A stretch of 63,108 nt of DNA, filler included, from Blastocystis sp. subtype 4 (taxonomy: Eukaryota), in assembly GCF_000743755.1 (NCBI RefSeq). It is 23 parts of 23 records of this genome, joined end to end, with 100 filler letters (N's around TTAATTAATTAA, not from the genome) between each part and the next. Parts side by side here need not be neighbours in the genome. Positions count along the whole stretch, not along the records: positions 51,055 to 53,405 come from NW_014568865.1; positions 53,506 to 55,849 come from NW_014568864.1; positions 55,950 to 58,290 come from NW_014568863.1; positions 58,391 to 60,709 come from NW_014568862.1; positions 60,810 to 63,108 come from NW_014568859.1; 18 more parts are not named here. One strand, given 5' to 3'. This document shows positions 52,464 to 63,108 of the stretch, one piece after another. The notes under the pieces are model-generated. The model worked only from the letters and a program-made list of their open reading frames with translations. It did no database searches and had not been told where the DNA came from. Made by a program: the position numbers and the translations under genes. How positions within the stretch are numbered: the stretch's first letter is position 1; each line of letters opens with the position of its first letter.

Positions 52464-52967
52464 CACACTCATTCTCATCAATCAAATCAACATCATAACC
52501 ATAATACAACTTACAACATTCATCAACACTTACAATAGACATGCTTCTCACTTCACCAACATTCCATACATCCAATACACAATAATCACACAATCAATAT
52601 CCTACAATAATCAATTCTCTCACACATACACACTTATAATTCCATCCTTCACCATAACACATTCTGCTCCTTATCAATCACTTCATTCCAATATCAATTC
52701 AAATCAATTCATTCACTCCATTCGCTATCAACTCAATTCCTCAACCAAAACACTCATCTCCAATAATCACCCATTTCAGATCACACAATCCACACACATT
52801 CAATCATACAACACTTCAATCCAATTCACAATAATCCTCAAACCTCACATCCTCAACTCATAATCCAATTCAACTCACATCAATCACTTCACCTCTTGCT
52901 TTCACATCAATCACTTCTCCATCATATCAACTCACCAACACTACTCAATCAACAATACAATCATCAA

Positions 52968-53405
52968 CTATTCACTTCAACACTCTCACTCTATTCCAAC
53001 TCATTACAACTACATCCTTCAATACTCACACCTCATCCAATATCTATTCTTTCATACTTACAAATCTCATACTTTCCAACCTTACAAAACCCATATTCCC
53101 AAATACATAACTACTAATGCTTAGTCTCCTCAAACATTCTACATCTCATCATTACAACTCTTAACATACATACTCATCATCATAACACTATTCTTATACT
53201 AATACCGAATTACATCAATTCTCTTTATACAACTCCAACCATACAAACACCAACTCTCTAATCCTAACACTCTCAACTTACAAACATCTCATATCTTCAA
53301 TTCCTATTATCACATACTTTCAAAAACAGTATGCTCTACCCCATCGAAACCATCTTCTCATACATCAATACTCTACAATCATCCCAACTCTACAATCCAT
53401 CTCTT
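52968..53405 (-). pseudogene. C->G hypermutated pseudogene of the BspA-like LRR family (paralog of 7667-8090)
   Basis: Four exons and three intron positions align with the gene at 7586-8949. In-frame stops include TCA->TGA and TAC->TAG. Confidence 0.85.
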
Positions 53406-53505
53406 NNNNNNNNNNNNNNNNNNNNNNNNNNNNNNNNNNNNNNNNNNNNTTAATTAATTAANNNNNNNNNNNNNNNNNNNNNNNNNNNNNNNNNNNNNNN
53501 NNNNN

Positions 53506-53659
53506 CCTTAACAGAGCACTACGTGATGAAGTGAAGAGTCGTGAAGAGATCAAGCGTGATTTGAAGAAGAAAGAACAAAACAAGATCAAACAGATGAATC
53601 GCAAGGAACGTCAGAACTATCTGAAGAAGCAAGGAAAGGGAAAGAAGAGACGTTCATAA
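53506..53659 (+). CDS. Lys-rich C-terminal fragment, possibly a DBP10/DDX54-type helicase tail
   Basis: LNRALRDEVKSREEIKRDLKKKEQNKIKQMNRKERQNYLKKQGKGKKRRS*. Confidence 0.4.
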
Positions 53660-53746
53660 GTTGGTTTAGAATGAATAGACGTTGTTTGAGACATAACAGT
53701 ATTGATTCCATTATACGTTATTGGTATATACTTAGGGAATTTGAGA

Positions 53747-55536
53747 ATGATAAAGGTGATATCAAGGTCATTTTCATCATTTGCTAAAGCCTATAAGAAG
53801 GCAGTAGAAACACATGCAATCAGAGAAGATGCTTGTCAGATGAATGTAGTACGCTACTTAGATCGATTTCAAGATGTAATTGAACGATATCATCGAGGAA
53901 CTATTCCTAATGTACATTGGTGAGGTAGATAGGTTATCTATAGTATGAAATCATTAAATTGGTGGATGGAAAACATATTTCCTGTGGAATTTATGATAGT
54001 GAAGAAGAAGCCAAGATTGACCTTATGTATTTGGGGAATCATGATACAGAGTGCAAGAACTATTATATTAAACCGTATCTGGAACCAATGACGCTGTCAA
54101 ATTCGGTACAGAAGCGAAAAATGGTCACATCAACCATCAACCAATTCCCTCGTCTTCCTACAGAGGTGAGTCGATACCGTACATTCAGTCAGTTTAACAA
54201 CACATGGAAACAACCCACTGTACTTCCTGAGTCCGAGGTGGTAACTCCAGAGGTGACATTGAATCCTCATCACATAACGTATGACCAGTTGAATGGAAAG
54301 GTTACTTTTCCTGAACGTCGGGGCGTGATGAGCACGATGCCTCGGATTCCACGAGGAATTTATCTTCATGGTGATGTAGGTACTGGAAAGAGCTATCTGA
54401 TGGACCTGTTCTATAAGAATGTGACGGTGGATGGAGGTAAATGCCGAGTTCACTTTCATGAATTTATGCAAGATTTTCACCGTCAACTGCATGACTATAA
54501 AGAGAAACAAATCCAGATATATGGAAGAGAAGATCATTTACACATGACGAGTGAAAAAGATGCAATCATTCAGGTCTCGAAAAACATCGCTCTACAGAAC
54601 ACATTGATATGTTTCGATGAGTTCCATGTTACAGACATTGCTGATGCATTAATTCTGTCTCATATCTTTGAAACTTTCTATAAGGCTGGAAGTATTGTTT
54701 TCTCCACGAGTAATCATGCTCCTGAGAATCTTTACATGAATGGTTTGAATCGGATGTTCTTCCTGCCATTCATCTCATTGATCACATCGCACTCACGAGT
54801 GATAGACATTGCTTCAAAAGTTGATTACCGCAAATCACTTGCTCATCCTGTTGATAATGCTGTTCTTACTCCCTGTGGTCCTGCTGCTAACGATGTGTTG
54901 TGTAAGACCTGAGGTTTTGTATTACGATAGATGGGAGTTTTCCTCAGTTGAGTCCTGAACGAGCCATTCCACAGGATCTGGCTTTATCTCCTACTCGGTC
55001 CATTCATATTCCTGCTGTATCTGATGGTGTTTGTCGTATTCCTTTTCAGCAGATCTGTGGTGATGTATGAATGGTACGATAATATGATCAATAGGACAGA
55101 GGTACTGATGATTATGAAAACATAGCAGATTCGTTCCATACTGTAATCGTTACTGATGTATGAAGGAATGATGTTGGTGATATAATAGGTTCCAATGTTA
55201 GATGTGACTCAAATGAATATGTTGAGTCGTTTTGTGAAGATGGTAGACCAGTTTTATGATCATCGTGTGCGTTTAATTATGACTGCTGAAACAAGTGTGT
55301 ATCATCTTTTCGATCGAGTATTTGAGAAGGAAAAGGAAATTAATGAGTCCATTTCTTCGGTAGAAAAGAAAGAAGGGATTAATGTGTAGAAGAAGGACAT
55401 CGATTTGATGCAAAAAGGTAGGTTATCAGCTATGGCATCTCTGGTATTCTCGTGTAAGAGAACACAATCAAGATTAGTAGAGATGACGGGAAAAGACTAT
55501 TTGGAGAAGCATGCATCAGTTCACAATGACTTTTAG
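53747..55536 (+). CDS. AFG1L: AFG1/ZapE-family mitochondrial ATPase (multi-exon)
   Basis: PRGIYLHGDVGTGKS, RVHFHEFM, CFDEFHVTDIADALIL, TSNHAPENLYMNGLNR and SRLVEM. Confidence 0.92.
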
Positions 55537-55949
55537 TTGATTTAGAATAAATAGGAGTGTTTGAACAAACATCTCATTCACACTGAACTAAAACAACAAC
55601 AATGGATTCAAAAGGAATGTGATTCTAGTTATAATTCACTTATTCCAATAGGACTTTGATGAAAGGAGTAGGATGACACAATTCACGTCCGAGATAGAAG
55701 AGACGGACTTGAGTGATATGAACCTTATCCTTCACTTCTGGGAACTACAGTTAATCCTTCCTTAAAAACCAACATTGCGAATCACCTCAAAAACCTTCTG
55801 TTGGACTTCTTCTTCCGTAATAGTTTCTAAGTTATCTGAGAAATGATATNNNNNNNNNNNNNNNNNNNNNNNNNNNNNNNNNNNNNNNNNNNNTTAATTA
55901 ATTAANNNNNNNNNNNNNNNNNNNNNNNNNNNNNNNNNNNNNNNNNNNN

Positions 55950-58290
55950 TGTGTTACTGTATCAAAGATTGATAATGTGAAAACAGAATATAAAGTATTT
56001 CATGCTGAACATGAAGATGAAAGAGATTTGATACCATTCATTGATTATCTGATACATATTAAACAAGATGCTTCTGCATATCTGTTTGATGAGACAAATC
56101 TAGAATGGTCTGTTGATGTTGAAAAGGATTATGATAATACTAGTATATGTCCATTTTGTAATTGTGGTATAGGGTCCAAAGATGAAGTTAAAGAAAACAG
56201 TATTAGAATGAGTAGTTGTAGTAAGGATATCTATTTCAAAGAAGGTGAAATTGAAGAATTTCAAAGAAGGTGAAATTGAAGAATTGATGAAAACAAGAGG
56301 AGATGCAATGAATTGGTATGAAGATGAATTAGAGAAACGTCGTAATGCTGATCCATTCTATCAAAAGCAAATCCGTATGAAATTCCTTGAAACAATGGTT
56401 TTGGATGGTAGAGCAAATGATAAACAACAAAATGAGTATGAACAATTGAAGAAAGAAACACGATTAGCAGGTGTTAAAGTGAGACATCATGCTCATGTAT
56501 CAGGAGAATATAGTAATGGTGAATGTGTGCGTTATTATAAAGCAGGAGAATACATTTGTACATGTTGTGATAAATGCAATTTGCAATTATCATTTAACAA
56601 GAAGTACTACAAACTACCTGTATACTTCCATAATGGTATGCGTTATGATAATGCTTATATCATGAGACTATTAGGTAAGTATAAGGCTTTACATCCTAGT
56701 TCAATGGATAAGGAAATGATGATTGAAATGGATGGTATCCAATTCAAAGATTCATACAAAATGATTTCTGCTCCATTAAAGCGTATTGTGAGTGATACTC
56801 TTGGAAATGATTTGAACAATTATCGTTATACAAAACTATTGTTGAAACAGTATTTGGAAGATCATAACAAACCATATGATGAATCATACATAGAATTGAT
56901 GACAGTTCTATGGTTTGATTACATCTTACAAATCTCTATCAACCAGACACATTCCTAAACAAGAAGAATGTTATGATGATTTGTCTCAATCATTCATGTG
57001 TGAAGAAGACTATCAACATATGAAATTGTTGTGGAAAACATTCAATATTCGTAATTGGGGTGAATATTATGAATTATACAATCTGTTGGATGTAACATTG
57101 CTTGCAGATTGTTTTGAACATTTCAGAGACTCAACTATGAAATCATTTGGTGTTGATTCTGCTCATTATCTAACAACACCTCAAATGTCATATTCATTGT
57201 TTCTGAAGAATGTTTCGAATAAGGATGATAGTCGATATTATGATGTAGCTAAGAAATGGGCTAATTATCAAATGAAGATTGGTAAGAATGAGAATTAGTG
57301 AAGAAGAAATGATTGGTATCTTCATGGATCGTATGTCTGAGTTTAATGCATATGGTGGTATTCGTTTGCTTGGTAAGAATGATATGAATGAATTTATATC
57401 CTTAAAAGAATAACTTGCGTGGAGGATTAACACAAATATCAACTCGTTATTCACAAAATGAATGTGATGATGAATCTATGTATTATCTAGATGCAAATAA
57501 TCTGTATGGAGGTGTAATGCATAGAATGATGCCTTATAATATTGTACATATAAGTGATAAGGAGAAATCGAAGATATTGAATAGTAATCCTATAAAATGG
57601 ATAGAATCTCTTGATACATATGATAAGTATGGATATTTCATAGAATGTGATATAGAAGTGGATGATAATAAGCATGATTACTTNAATGATTTGCCACTAT
57701 TTCCTAGTCAGAAGTATGGTGTATATTCAAATCCTATGAAGAAGTTTGCAAATGATTTTGATATTGATGATTTGAATAAGAAGGAAAGTAGTAAGAAACT
57801 GATTTGTGACTTATTGAAGAAGGAACATTATGTTGTACATTATTCGATGTTACAACTTGGTATTGAACTGGGTTATAAGGTTACGAAAATCCATAATGTG
57901 ATCAAATTCAGACAAGCACCATTCATCTATGAGTATGTGAATTTGTTGTCTGAAATGCGTGCTAAGAGTAAGACAGGTGTATTGAAGAATCTGTTCAAGT
58001 TACTTGCAAATTCAATCTATGGTAAGTTTGTTGAGACTGGATTAAAGCGTATGAAGGTGAAATTTGCTACAACAAAAGAAGAACAAAACAGTATTATTGC
58101 TAAATATAGTATTGATTTACTAGATGAAGTACATTTGTATGATACGAACTTATGGGCTGCTAAGATTGCAAATCCTCAAAAGAGAATGTCAAAACCATTC
58201 TTCATTGGATTTGCTATTCTGGATATGTCAAAGTATATCATTTATGACTTCTACTACAATGTGTTAAAGCGTAATATGGAGAATGTGTGT
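55950..58290 (+). mobile_element. Protein-primed family-B DNA polymerase (Polinton/Maverick/adintovirus type), disrupted
   Basis: VRHHAHVSG..C..CNL, Exo II FHNGMRYD, Exo III YNLLDVTLLADCFEHFR, RGG, motif A YLDANNLYG..M and motif B KLLANSIYGKF. Frameshifts and stops near 56260, 56910, 57296 and 57412; intronless. Confidence 0.9.
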
Positions 58291-58390
58291 NNNNNNNNNN
58301 NNNNNNNNNNNNNNNNNNNNNNNNNNNNNNNNNNTTAATTAATTAANNNNNNNNNNNNNNNNNNNNNNNNNNNNNNNNNNNNNNNNNNNN

Positions 58391-58746
58391 GAATGAGAAC
58401 AAAACACAACTATCACCTCCAAGAGAGAATATACCATAATCTCCACTACAATCAATAGTATAGGTGATTAACGAAGAGGTCTCAACAGGAGTTCCATAAA
58501 TTGTGTCATTTGCAAAATGAATATCCGTAGACAAAGCAGGAGTAGTAGAAAAACGGGAACAGACAGAATTGCAAGAGAAACTGTTATAAACTCCAACTGT
58601 CATCACATTTGTCTTCGATCCACATGAAACAAACTTACTATTGCCAACTACACTCAAACAAACAAACAAAAGTAACTTGAAAGGAGCAGTGTCAAAACAA
58701 GCAATAGAAACGAAATCATACGATATTTCAAAATTCATATTCCATG
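58391..58746 (-). CDS. N-terminal fragment of a secreted protein with an Ig-like repeat
   Basis: Hydrophobic LLLFVCLSVV, then FSTTPALSTDIHFANDTIYGTP...TYTI. Confidence 0.5.
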
Positions 58747-58982
58747 TTAGTAGTCATAATACCCCCACTTTGAAGATAGTAATAGGATGAATGAATCCCA
58801 CGGGAATTATTTAATAATAGCGATCCTATGAATACAGTCAATACCGAATCCATGAATCAGTTATCAATCTAATTAGTTGTAAGAATGGTTTTAAGATAAA
58901 TGATACAAACACTGCTTTCATCACTGTAAAGTATGGATTGTTAAATGGATATAGATTGTCGCAAGTGGATGAACCATTTGAT

Positions 58983-59198
58983 GGTTTGTCTTGAATGATA
59001 ATTGAGTAGTGCATTTACTTAAAAACACAATTCTTACTGTTAATCACCCACAATTTGTGTCGAACTGGTAGAGTGACCCTTCTACTTTGATTACTTATTT
59101 CGAAAGTTACCTGTATAGCTACTCAGGGTGGAGTCATGTGTTGGTAATAGTGTTTCCTCTTTATATTATTATGTGATATACGTTAGTTACCTACTACT
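58983..59198 (+). repeat. Dispersed repeat family, copy D
   Basis: CTTGAATGATAATTGAGTAGTGCATTTACT, CCTGTATAGCTACTCAGGGT and TTACCTACTACT in the same order as copy C. Confidence 0.7.
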
Positions 59199-59280
59199 GG
59201 TATAGATTATTCAATCTTTCTGAGTTCGGTGGAGATATAATTGAAAGCAAATTGATTATTCATTATTCATAACAAACACT

Positions 59281-60709
59281 CTAAACCTTAACCTGCTTTC
59301 CACCAATCTTCTTCGTCACAGTATTTGATGTCCCAGACTTTGTAGATTTCTTTCTTCCCTTTACTCCACCAACAGCCTTAGCCTTCTTTCCAGTTCTCAC
59401 TAGCAAGAACACAACAACAACAACAATCACAATCACCACAACTATCACCAACACCATCGTTACAATAGGCATACACACTCCAGATGCCTTCTTCCATTCT
59501 CCATCTTCACTTCCCAACACACAGGCACGTTTCTGTGTACCCACATAACTACCCTGAGAAGAGCAGTCATATTCAGCAACTGTTCCCACTTCAGTCACAG
59601 GAAACACACCTTCAGCAATACACAGTCCTTTTCGTACCTGAATTCCAATAGTTGTTTGAGTGGCCCCAGATTGATTCTCGGCATAGATAGTGTACGTTGT
59701 CAACTCCTGAGTGACAGTAGGATTACCAGAGATCTCGCCAGTCTGGGAATTGAGAGTCAATCCAGCAGGAAGGAACACTCCAGTATCAATGTACCAACGC
59801 TCTACAATGCTTTGCACTGTTGGAATGTCAGTTTTCACCTCCGTTCCCATCACAAACATGTATTGCGATGCTTGGTAGCGAGCATTCGTTGGAACAATCT
59901 GCGTGCAATGTTCCATCTTGACTTCACCCAACACACCTCCAGAACACTCACGATATGAATAACCTCTGTAACCCTCAGGACAAGAAGAAGGAGAGATTTG
60001 ACCTTCAGCCACTGAAGGAATTCCAGGACATACATAGCCTGTAGCCTTACAATAGGCCATATGAATCGAACTCAAGGTCATTGTTGAAGAAGCAGTATCA
60101 GTAACCTCCCATCGATATCTGCGGAATCCAGCCAGAGCCACAGGAACAGAGATCTGAGGCTTTGTTCGAGAAGTGATAGTCTGATCAGAAACACTCAGAA
60201 CAGTGATTGGTTCATCTAGCTCATCATCAGGATTGGAACCAATGATATCAAAGCCCCAAGAAATAGTTTTTGATCCAGCAATGTTGAATGAGTTCCATTT
60301 GCTTCCAACCAGATTCTCAACAGTCCATTCAATATAAGTTCCAATCGTATTAGGAAGTAGACCAGTAGTGTAAGGATCAAGATCCATGATTCCAGCAAGA
60401 GTACCTGAACTGGGATCAGTTGAATCAAGAGAAGAATAAGAATCAACAACAGTAGAACAGTCTTCAACTCCAAATACTCCAGTAGCATCAAACACAACAG
60501 GATCAGAAGAAGAACCACTCAAACCACGATGAATCTCGAAACTGAATACATTATTACCTTCCTCAATTCCAGATGTTGACAGAATCACATGGAACTTCGA
60601 GAACACATTAGCATCATGATCAGTGATTGATAGACTCAAAGAATCGAAATCATCTTCAAGATTGAATCGAGCAACCAGATTTCCATTCAGATAAGCAGCC
60701 ACTCCTCCA
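59281..60709 (-). CDS. Surface-protein family C-terminal part (paralog of 32139-33613)
   Basis: Same domains, TM helix and ...KQVKV* tail. Confidence 0.88.
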
Positions 60710-60809
60710 NNNNNNNNNNNNNNNNNNNNNNNNNNNNNNNNNNNNNNNNNNNNTTAATTAATTAANNNNNNNNNNNNNNNNNNNNNNNNNNNNNNNNNNN
60801 NNNNNNNNN

Positions 60810-60902
60810 GGTTGGAAGCATGCTGATCTGATCAAGCGTATGGAGGCTAAGAGACTGGCTGAGGCTAGTGAGTACTACAAGAACAAGAAGACTTCTGCCT
60901 AA
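60810..60902 (+). CDS. RPL13A: 60S ribosomal protein L13a (uL13), C-terminal fragment
   Basis: GWKHADLIKRMEAKRLAEASEYYKNKKTSA*. Confidence 0.8.
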   Translation, partial: GWKHADLIKRMEAKRLAEASEYYKNKKTSA

Positions 60903-60987
60903 GTGCTATCTGGGCTTTGTCACACTTGAATGTGTTTGTTGAGTATCTCTTGATCCACTGTAGAACAAACAATCCAACCAGCAAAGA

Positions 60988-62390
60988 TTACATGAAATCA
61001 TCATCGTCTCCCATTTCTGTCATATCAATCTTCCATCTCAACAGGCCTCCAATACCTCCAAACCCTCGTACAAACTGAGAACCCTCCTGAGACTTGTTGG
61101 TGATAATCTCAAGAGTGGCACCAAAGCTCTTGTAGTTCTCAGCAAGCCATTCTAAGAACAAGTCCTTCTGTAACACTTCTAAATCGATTCCTGTAGCAGG
61201 ATCCTTGAAGAATGTTGAATCTGTGCATTGCTCCTCTGTCAGATACAAAGTATTCTGAACACCTGTTTGATTGTTCTTTACCACAACACGCATAATCGAC
61301 AGATTCTCCCACACAATCAGTGTTTCCACTGCACCCAACTCCAAGCACTATTCTCAATCCCTCTCCTCATTCCTACCTTCAATGTGTCATTCACTCCATA
61401 ACAGAACTTGCCTGTATCCCGAGCCAATTCATCGAAATACCCTGAAATCAGCTTCTTTTCCTGGACGAATTTGACATTTGCCAAAGTGTCTGCAGACAGC
61501 TCAATAGCCTGATTGAATCCATTATCACCACCATAAGACACATCCACCACCTTCACTACAGCATTCTTGATACGAGGGTCCAGCATATCTGAGATATACA
61601 GCTCATCCTTCAACTCCGCACTTCCAGCCAACACAATACCTGCCACATTCACATGCTCGTTTTCAATGAAGAACTGAACACACAACTCACAGCACTTACG
61701 AACATAATTGTGACGCTTCTCTAAACGCAGACGAGCAAAACGCAGAGCAGATTGACCTCCTCGACCGTGCTTCTTCGGCAGATCCACCAGGAAACGGTGC
61801 AGCACATTTCGAGAACTTCCACTCACAGTACCAAACAGACAACCACTTCCATCCATCACCACAAAACCGAACGTAGAATCATCCTGAAGAAGCTCTTGGA
61901 GGGCTTCTGTGTGGAATTTGTTGTCACAGAGATAGAGGGAAGTGTTAATAGGTCGGAAAGGCTCGAAGGCATACGACATCTTCTTTTCCTTTCCATCTTC
62001 GTTTAAACAGGTTCCACAATACAAAACCAGACCATTAGGAGGCACACGAGTGAACCTACCAATTACTCTTTCTTTCCATCTCTACAGCTTCAGCTTCTGT
62101 TGAGTGGAGGTAATAGCTCCAAGAACCGACAGACGATTCACACGAGACTTGATATTCGAAGCGGTACCATACTCGCCTGTTAACATATTGCTTGCATTCG
62201 AGATCTAGGTAATGAGAAGAAGAGGACAAACGCTTACCTGGTCACCAGGACGGATAATTAGGGAGATCATAGACGTGCCATTTCTAGCCATGAGGGAATG
62301 AAGGGAATAGTCTTACCCCTTAGCGTTCTCAAGAGTCTTGATCAACTTCTTGATTCTCCACATCTCAATGTTCTTCTCCTCCGGAGTCAT
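60988..62390 (-). CDS. ETF1: Eukaryotic release factor 1 (multi-exon)
   Basis: [37 protein letters not shown] and GFGGIGG. Confidence 0.97.
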
Positions 62391-62644
62391 ACTATTGAAG
62401 TCCTAGACATTAATCTAAACCCTGATGCATTTCATACTGTCATGGTAATTAACGATGAGATCTCACTGTCTAAATGGTTCTTGGACAATTCCTAATAAGA
62501 CGGTGACCGCGGTTTTCCTTCGTTTCTGACGACCATAAGGGTTGCGAAGAATGAATCGGTCCGAAATTGCTTTTGCCTGTGAAAACAAACAAATACCCGC
62601 TGATAGAATGAAAATTGTACAACTGTTCAAACTAAAAGTACTGT

Positions 62645-63108
62645 TTAAAGGAAAGCCTTATCATACCAACTATTCAGTACATCCTTCATCAGCAGACTGA
62701 TCATAGCATGAGGAGCAGAACGAGCATAGAACGTCCAATAACCTCTCCAGAATTGCATTATTCCTTCCTGCTTGAAGATCTTACAGGTACAATCGACGAG
62801 ATTCTTGTAGGGGAAGGCACCAGTAGCAGGATCAACACGCATGTTCATCATACGGCACTTAATCAAATCAAATGGAAGGGTAGTAAAAGCACACACGAAA
62901 CCAGAAATAGCCGAAGCCAATAGACTCGTAGTCTTTCCAGTTCCGGTATAAGGAGCCGCTTTGATCGTAAGAAGCCAACATACCAACATTCATTGCAATA
63001 GCACGACATACCATGGGAATCGAACCTCTCCACAGAGTCATCAGTCCCTCCTCCTTCACAATACGACCGACGGCGGTAAATACATTAGTGTAACCACGAC
63101 GTTGTTCA
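62645..63108 (-). CDS. Mitochondrial carrier (2-oxoglutarate/malate or dicarboxylate type), 3' part; frameshift near 62962
   Basis: RRGYTNVF..RIVKEEGLMTLWRG..MNVGMLASYDQ and PFDLIKCRM..FWRGYWTFYARSAPH. Confidence 0.85.

Noticed and set aside
51727..53117. His/Asn/Ser-rich plus-strand ORFs
   Set aside because: They are by-products of G depletion (few TAG or TGA codons possible); the real homology is on the minus strand.
55622..55849. Minus-strand 3' gene fragment (..VRLLYLGREL..)
   Set aside because: Probably coding, but too short to assign a product.
3..58290. A single large Polinton element spanning the penton-like gene and pPolB
   Set aside because: The pieces lie on different contigs joined arbitrarily; no physical linkage can be inferred.
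3769..60809. Regularly spaced TTAATTAATTAA palindromes that look like an array
   Set aside because: Each is embedded in N44 padding, so it is an artificial six-frame-stop scaffold linker and not a CRISPR or biological repeat.
60988..62390. Non-standard genetic code suggested by frequent in-frame stops
   Set aside because: Stops in housekeeping genes fall inside ~30-nt GT-AG introns, all three stop codons end genes, and the eRF1 GTS, NIKS and YxCxxxF motifs are canonical.

Overview
This window is not one continuous locus. It is a concatenation of 23 short contigs (mostly about 2.3-2.5 kb) joined by an artificial 100-nt spacer (N44-TTAATTAATTAA-N44), so neighbours across a spacer are not linked. 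The DNA comes from an AT-rich, gene-dense microbial eukaryote with ~30-nt GT-AG introns and a TGTTTGTT element just after gene ends. That combination points to the gut stramenopile Blastocystis (inferred; subtype not determinable). Housekeeping genes or fragments include V-ATPase A, eIF3b, EF-1alpha, eRF1, RPL13A, PP5, DPAGT1, AP-4 sigma, VAMP7, Ctf8, NadE, PEPCK, phosphomevalonate kinase, an AFG1 ATPase, a threonine synthase-like gene, an MFS transporter, a mitochondrial carrier and tRNA-Leu(TAA). Expanded families include MORN/LRR proteins and Ig-like surface proteins. Mobile-DNA relics include a Polinton/Maverick-type protein-primed PolB, two penton-like capsid gene copies, an intron-containing hAT transposase and an associated dispersed repeat. 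The most striking observation is contig 51055-53405, which is almost G-free on the + strand. Part of it is a dead paralog of the LRR gene at 7586-8949 in which nearly all sense-strand cytosines have changed, mostly C->G, suggesting a strand-specific C->G hypermutation process. All family assignments are by motif recognition; no database searches were run.
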